From Oligoflexia bacterium (lineage in GTDB: Bacteria > Bdellovibrionota > Bdellovibrionia > JABDDW01), in NCBI GenBank assembly GCA_043732305.1, contig JAYTHU010000010.1, positions 1-47,279 on the forward strand: 47,279 nucleotides of DNA, given 5' to 3'. Positions 45,277-47,279 of the stretch are shown here, one piece after another; position 1 is the stretch's first letter, and each line of letters opens with the position of its first letter. The notes below the pieces were generated by a model. That model was not told the DNA's origin. It saw only the letters and a program-made list of their open reading frames with translations, and did no database searches. The position numbers and the translations under genes are program-made.

Positions 45277-46971
45277 TTATTCGACGGCGCCGATGGTGCA
45301 GCCGGTGACGGGGCGTGCTTTTCCGCGTTGATCGGTGGCGGGGCAATTTGTGCCTCCTCCAATCGCGCTGCTGCCATTGAGTGGTAAGATAGTCTTGGTA
45401 GGCCCGCCATTGTCAGATAGCAAGGTCGAAAGCATTGGATCTTTAAACAGGGTGCCTGGAGTACAGAGTACATCTGCGGTATTGCAAACGCTGTGTACCG
45501 ACGGCCATTGTAAGTTTCCTGAGCCTATTCCCGAGGTCTGGCAAGCCATCGGAGCACTGCAATCAGCAGTCGTGTTATCCATAAACAATGTATTGGTGAT
45601 TGTGATGGCAGTAAATCCGCCGATTGCTGCACCAAAAAATCCTGATCCACCAGTCACGCGATTGCCACGGAAAGTGAGGTTCTTAAAGGTCCCACTATTT
45701 CCAAATATTACCATTGCTCCACCTAGTGCAGAAGCGCTCACGTTGTTAAAAAATGTATCGTTGGTGAAGTTGAGAATGCTTCCGTCAATGAAAAGGCCTC
45801 CTCCGCCGTTGGTTGCAAAACTATTTGATATTGTGGAGTTTGTGATGGTGAGATTTGAGTTGTGAAAATAAAGTGTTCCACCTGATCCGTTGGTTGCGGT
45901 ATTGCCATCGAATGTTGTTCTGTCGATATTTGTTGATTGCATGCTGCCATCTGGAGTTCTAAACATCGCGCCGCCGATTCCGCCCACTCCAGCTGCATTA
46001 TTATTGAAGCTAGATCCGCAAACATTCACGGTGAAGTTTTCTGCTCCGTCTATGACTATGGCTCCCCCATTTCCGCCATTTCCAACTTCCCCACCATTCA
46101 CACTGCAATGAGAAGTGTCGATATTGTTTGCGCCGCTTCCGTTGGCGACGTTGCCAGTGAAGGTACTGTTGTAGACGCTTAAATTTCCAAATAAACTTCC
46201 AATCGCGCCACCGTTTGCACCAGAGTTTCCTGTGAAAGTGCTTCCTGAAATCGTGGTTTCTAGTGCTCCAAATGTGTAGATTGCTCCGCCAGCAACGTCG
46301 GGCCCGGGTGTTGCTCCCTGGTTCCCAGTAAACGTGGAATTTATCACTCGCAAGATTCCGTCTTTGAAATAAATCCCGCCGCCGCTCGCCGGTACGTCAT
46401 AACCTTGTGAGCAAGGCGCCGGTGCTGAAGGCAGTAATGGTCCCGTCGATTTGCCGTTTATAAAAATCATGTTTTGAATTGTGACAGTCGTGGTTGTGAC
46501 TTGAAAATTTGTTCCGGCGTAGTAAAGTATTCTTGTTATTCCTTGCCCATCAAGTGTGATCAGGTTTTTTCCATCGATGGTTGTGTTTTTTGTATTGAGC
46601 AACGTCAGTTGGCTCGAAATTGGAATTGTCACTGCACTGGATCCGCAGTTAAAGTTTATTTTTCCACCGGTATTTAATGCAGTTTGAAGAGACGTTTGAG
46701 TGCAGCTTGATGCTGTTCCAGATCCCACAATAACATCGGGAGTTGAAGTGTCGACGAGTGAAATCGGCGAAGCACAAATTGCAGAATGTATGACGGGTGG
46801 AATTGTTGGATTCCCTGGAGTTCCAGTCGAAGAACTCGATGATGAAGAAGCTGGAAATAAACCGCTCCCTCCTAGATTGCTGCTTGTGCAGTTTTGCCCA
46901 AAAGCTAAAAGCGCAATCAGGAAAATACTTGCAGATGAATAACGAATAAAATTTCGCAAGTGCAAACGCAT
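45277..46971 (-). CDS. Lipoprotein (GQNC motif) with right-handed beta-helix repeats and C-terminal choice-of-anchor-Q-like domain
   Basis: LAFGQNC; Ser/Pro linker; repeated GGAI and F..N motifs; C-terminal DNGGPTKT..P..GSSAIGGG..CPATDQRG..R...CTIGAVE. Confidence 0.85.
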   Translation of the reverse strand: MRLHLRNFIRYSSASIFLIALLAFGQNCTSSNLGGSGLFPASSSSSSSTGTPGNPTIPPVIHSAICASPISLVDTSTPDVIVGSGTASSCTQTSLQTALNTGGKINFNCGSSAVTIPISSQLTLLNTKNTTIDGKNLITLDGQGITRILYYAGTNFQVTTTTVTIQNMIFINGKSTGPLLPSAPAPCSQGYDVPASGGGIYFKDGILRVINSTFTGNQGATPGPDVAGGAIYTFGALETTISGSTFTGNSGANGGAIGSLFGNLSVYNSTFTGNVANGSGANNIDTSHCSVNGGEVGNGGNGGAIVIDGAENFTVNVCGSSFNNNAAGVGGIGGAMFRTPDGSMQSTNIDRTTFDGNTATNGSGGTLYFHNSNLTITNSTISNSFATNGGGGLFIDGSILNFTNDTFFNNVSASALGGAMVIFGNSGTFKNLTFRGNRVTGGSGFFGAAIGGFTAITITNTLFMDNTTADCSAPMACQTSGIGSGNLQWPSVHSVCNTADVLCTPGTLFKDPMLSTLLSDNGGPTKTILPLNGSSAIGGGTNCPATDQRGKARPVTGCTIGAVE

Positions 46972-47002
46972 GATGTGCCCCCTGTGTTTTTAAACTAATT
47001 AT

Positions 47003-47029
47003 TTATCGGAATTTGAGTCAACATTATGA
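47003..47029 (-). promoter_or_regulatory. Putative sigma28 (FliA) promoter
   Basis: Minus strand TCAT-N15-TCCGATAA, about 30 nt upstream of ATG 46971. Confidence 0.5.
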
Positions 47030-47279
47030 AGGACTACGTGGCGCTGTTTGATGTTCCAAATCGCCTTTGTTGGGTCTGGCAATTTTGTTTTATTTCGGCC
47101 AGCGCGAGAGTTTTCAGATAAGTGGACATCGTTGCCATTGACTCACTCCAGAAAGTTGCCCATGGGGTAGACGCGCCAATAGGTTCCCCGGTAAAAGCCT
47201 TGGTATTTGAATGTATGTAGAGACGAGAATTGTCCATCCCCGTCCACTGTGGTTTGATTTTGTTACGACACAGAATCTA

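Noticed and set aside
45335..46942. Several plus-strand ORFs (up to 176 aa) opposite the beta-helix gene
   Set aside because: Antisense shadows of a Gly/Asn/Thr-rich gene, with no RBS or motif support.
47034..47279. 67-aa minus-strand ORF at the window end, possibly the 3' end of a larger gene
   Set aside because: The frame meets a TAG at 47277-47279, has no recognisable motif, and cannot be evaluated without flanking sequence.
1..47279. CRISPR arrays, tRNA/rRNA genes, integrases, transposases and recognisable defence systems
   Set aside because: No regularly spaced repeats, tRNA-like structures or recombinase motifs were seen; intergenic gaps are short.

Overview
Gene-dense chromosomal window from a diderm, LPS-producing bacterium. 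It is most likely Bdellovibrionota-like; this is inferred from xQNC-type lipoproteins, a bacterial topoisomerase VI subunit A, and split PurS/PurQ/small PurL. Most of the window is housekeeping: top6A (5'-partial); mutL-miaA-yicC-gmk-rpoZ-rel/spoT; surE-M23 peptidase; a GlpT/UhpC-like MFS transporter; yceD-rpmF-plsX-fabH-fabD-fabG-acpP-fabF-rpiB-glyA-ung; the LPS genes waaA and a GT9 heptosyltransferase; purM-purN-X-purB-purC-purS-purQ-purL-purF; and a peptidoglycan-recycling cluster (ldcA, a serine hydrolase, mpl). Scattered among these are orphan secreted, lipoprotein and outer-membrane genes. The best candidate for something new is 27683..29482. It encodes a 599-aa protein with a signal peptide and a C-terminal ~94-aa domain patterned like a RelE/ParE-fold toxin, has no adjacent antitoxin, follows a sigma54-like promoter, and sits antisense between two LPS genes; it may be an exported prey-directed effector. 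Other notable items are sigma28-like promoters in front of both xQNC lipoproteins, a three-repeat Cys-paired Ig-like lipoprotein, a degenerate FAD-fold gene inside the purine operon, and a frameshifted 3-methyladenine glycosylase remnant. I saw no rRNA, tRNA, CRISPR array or transposase. All calls come from motif recognition by eye; no database search was run.
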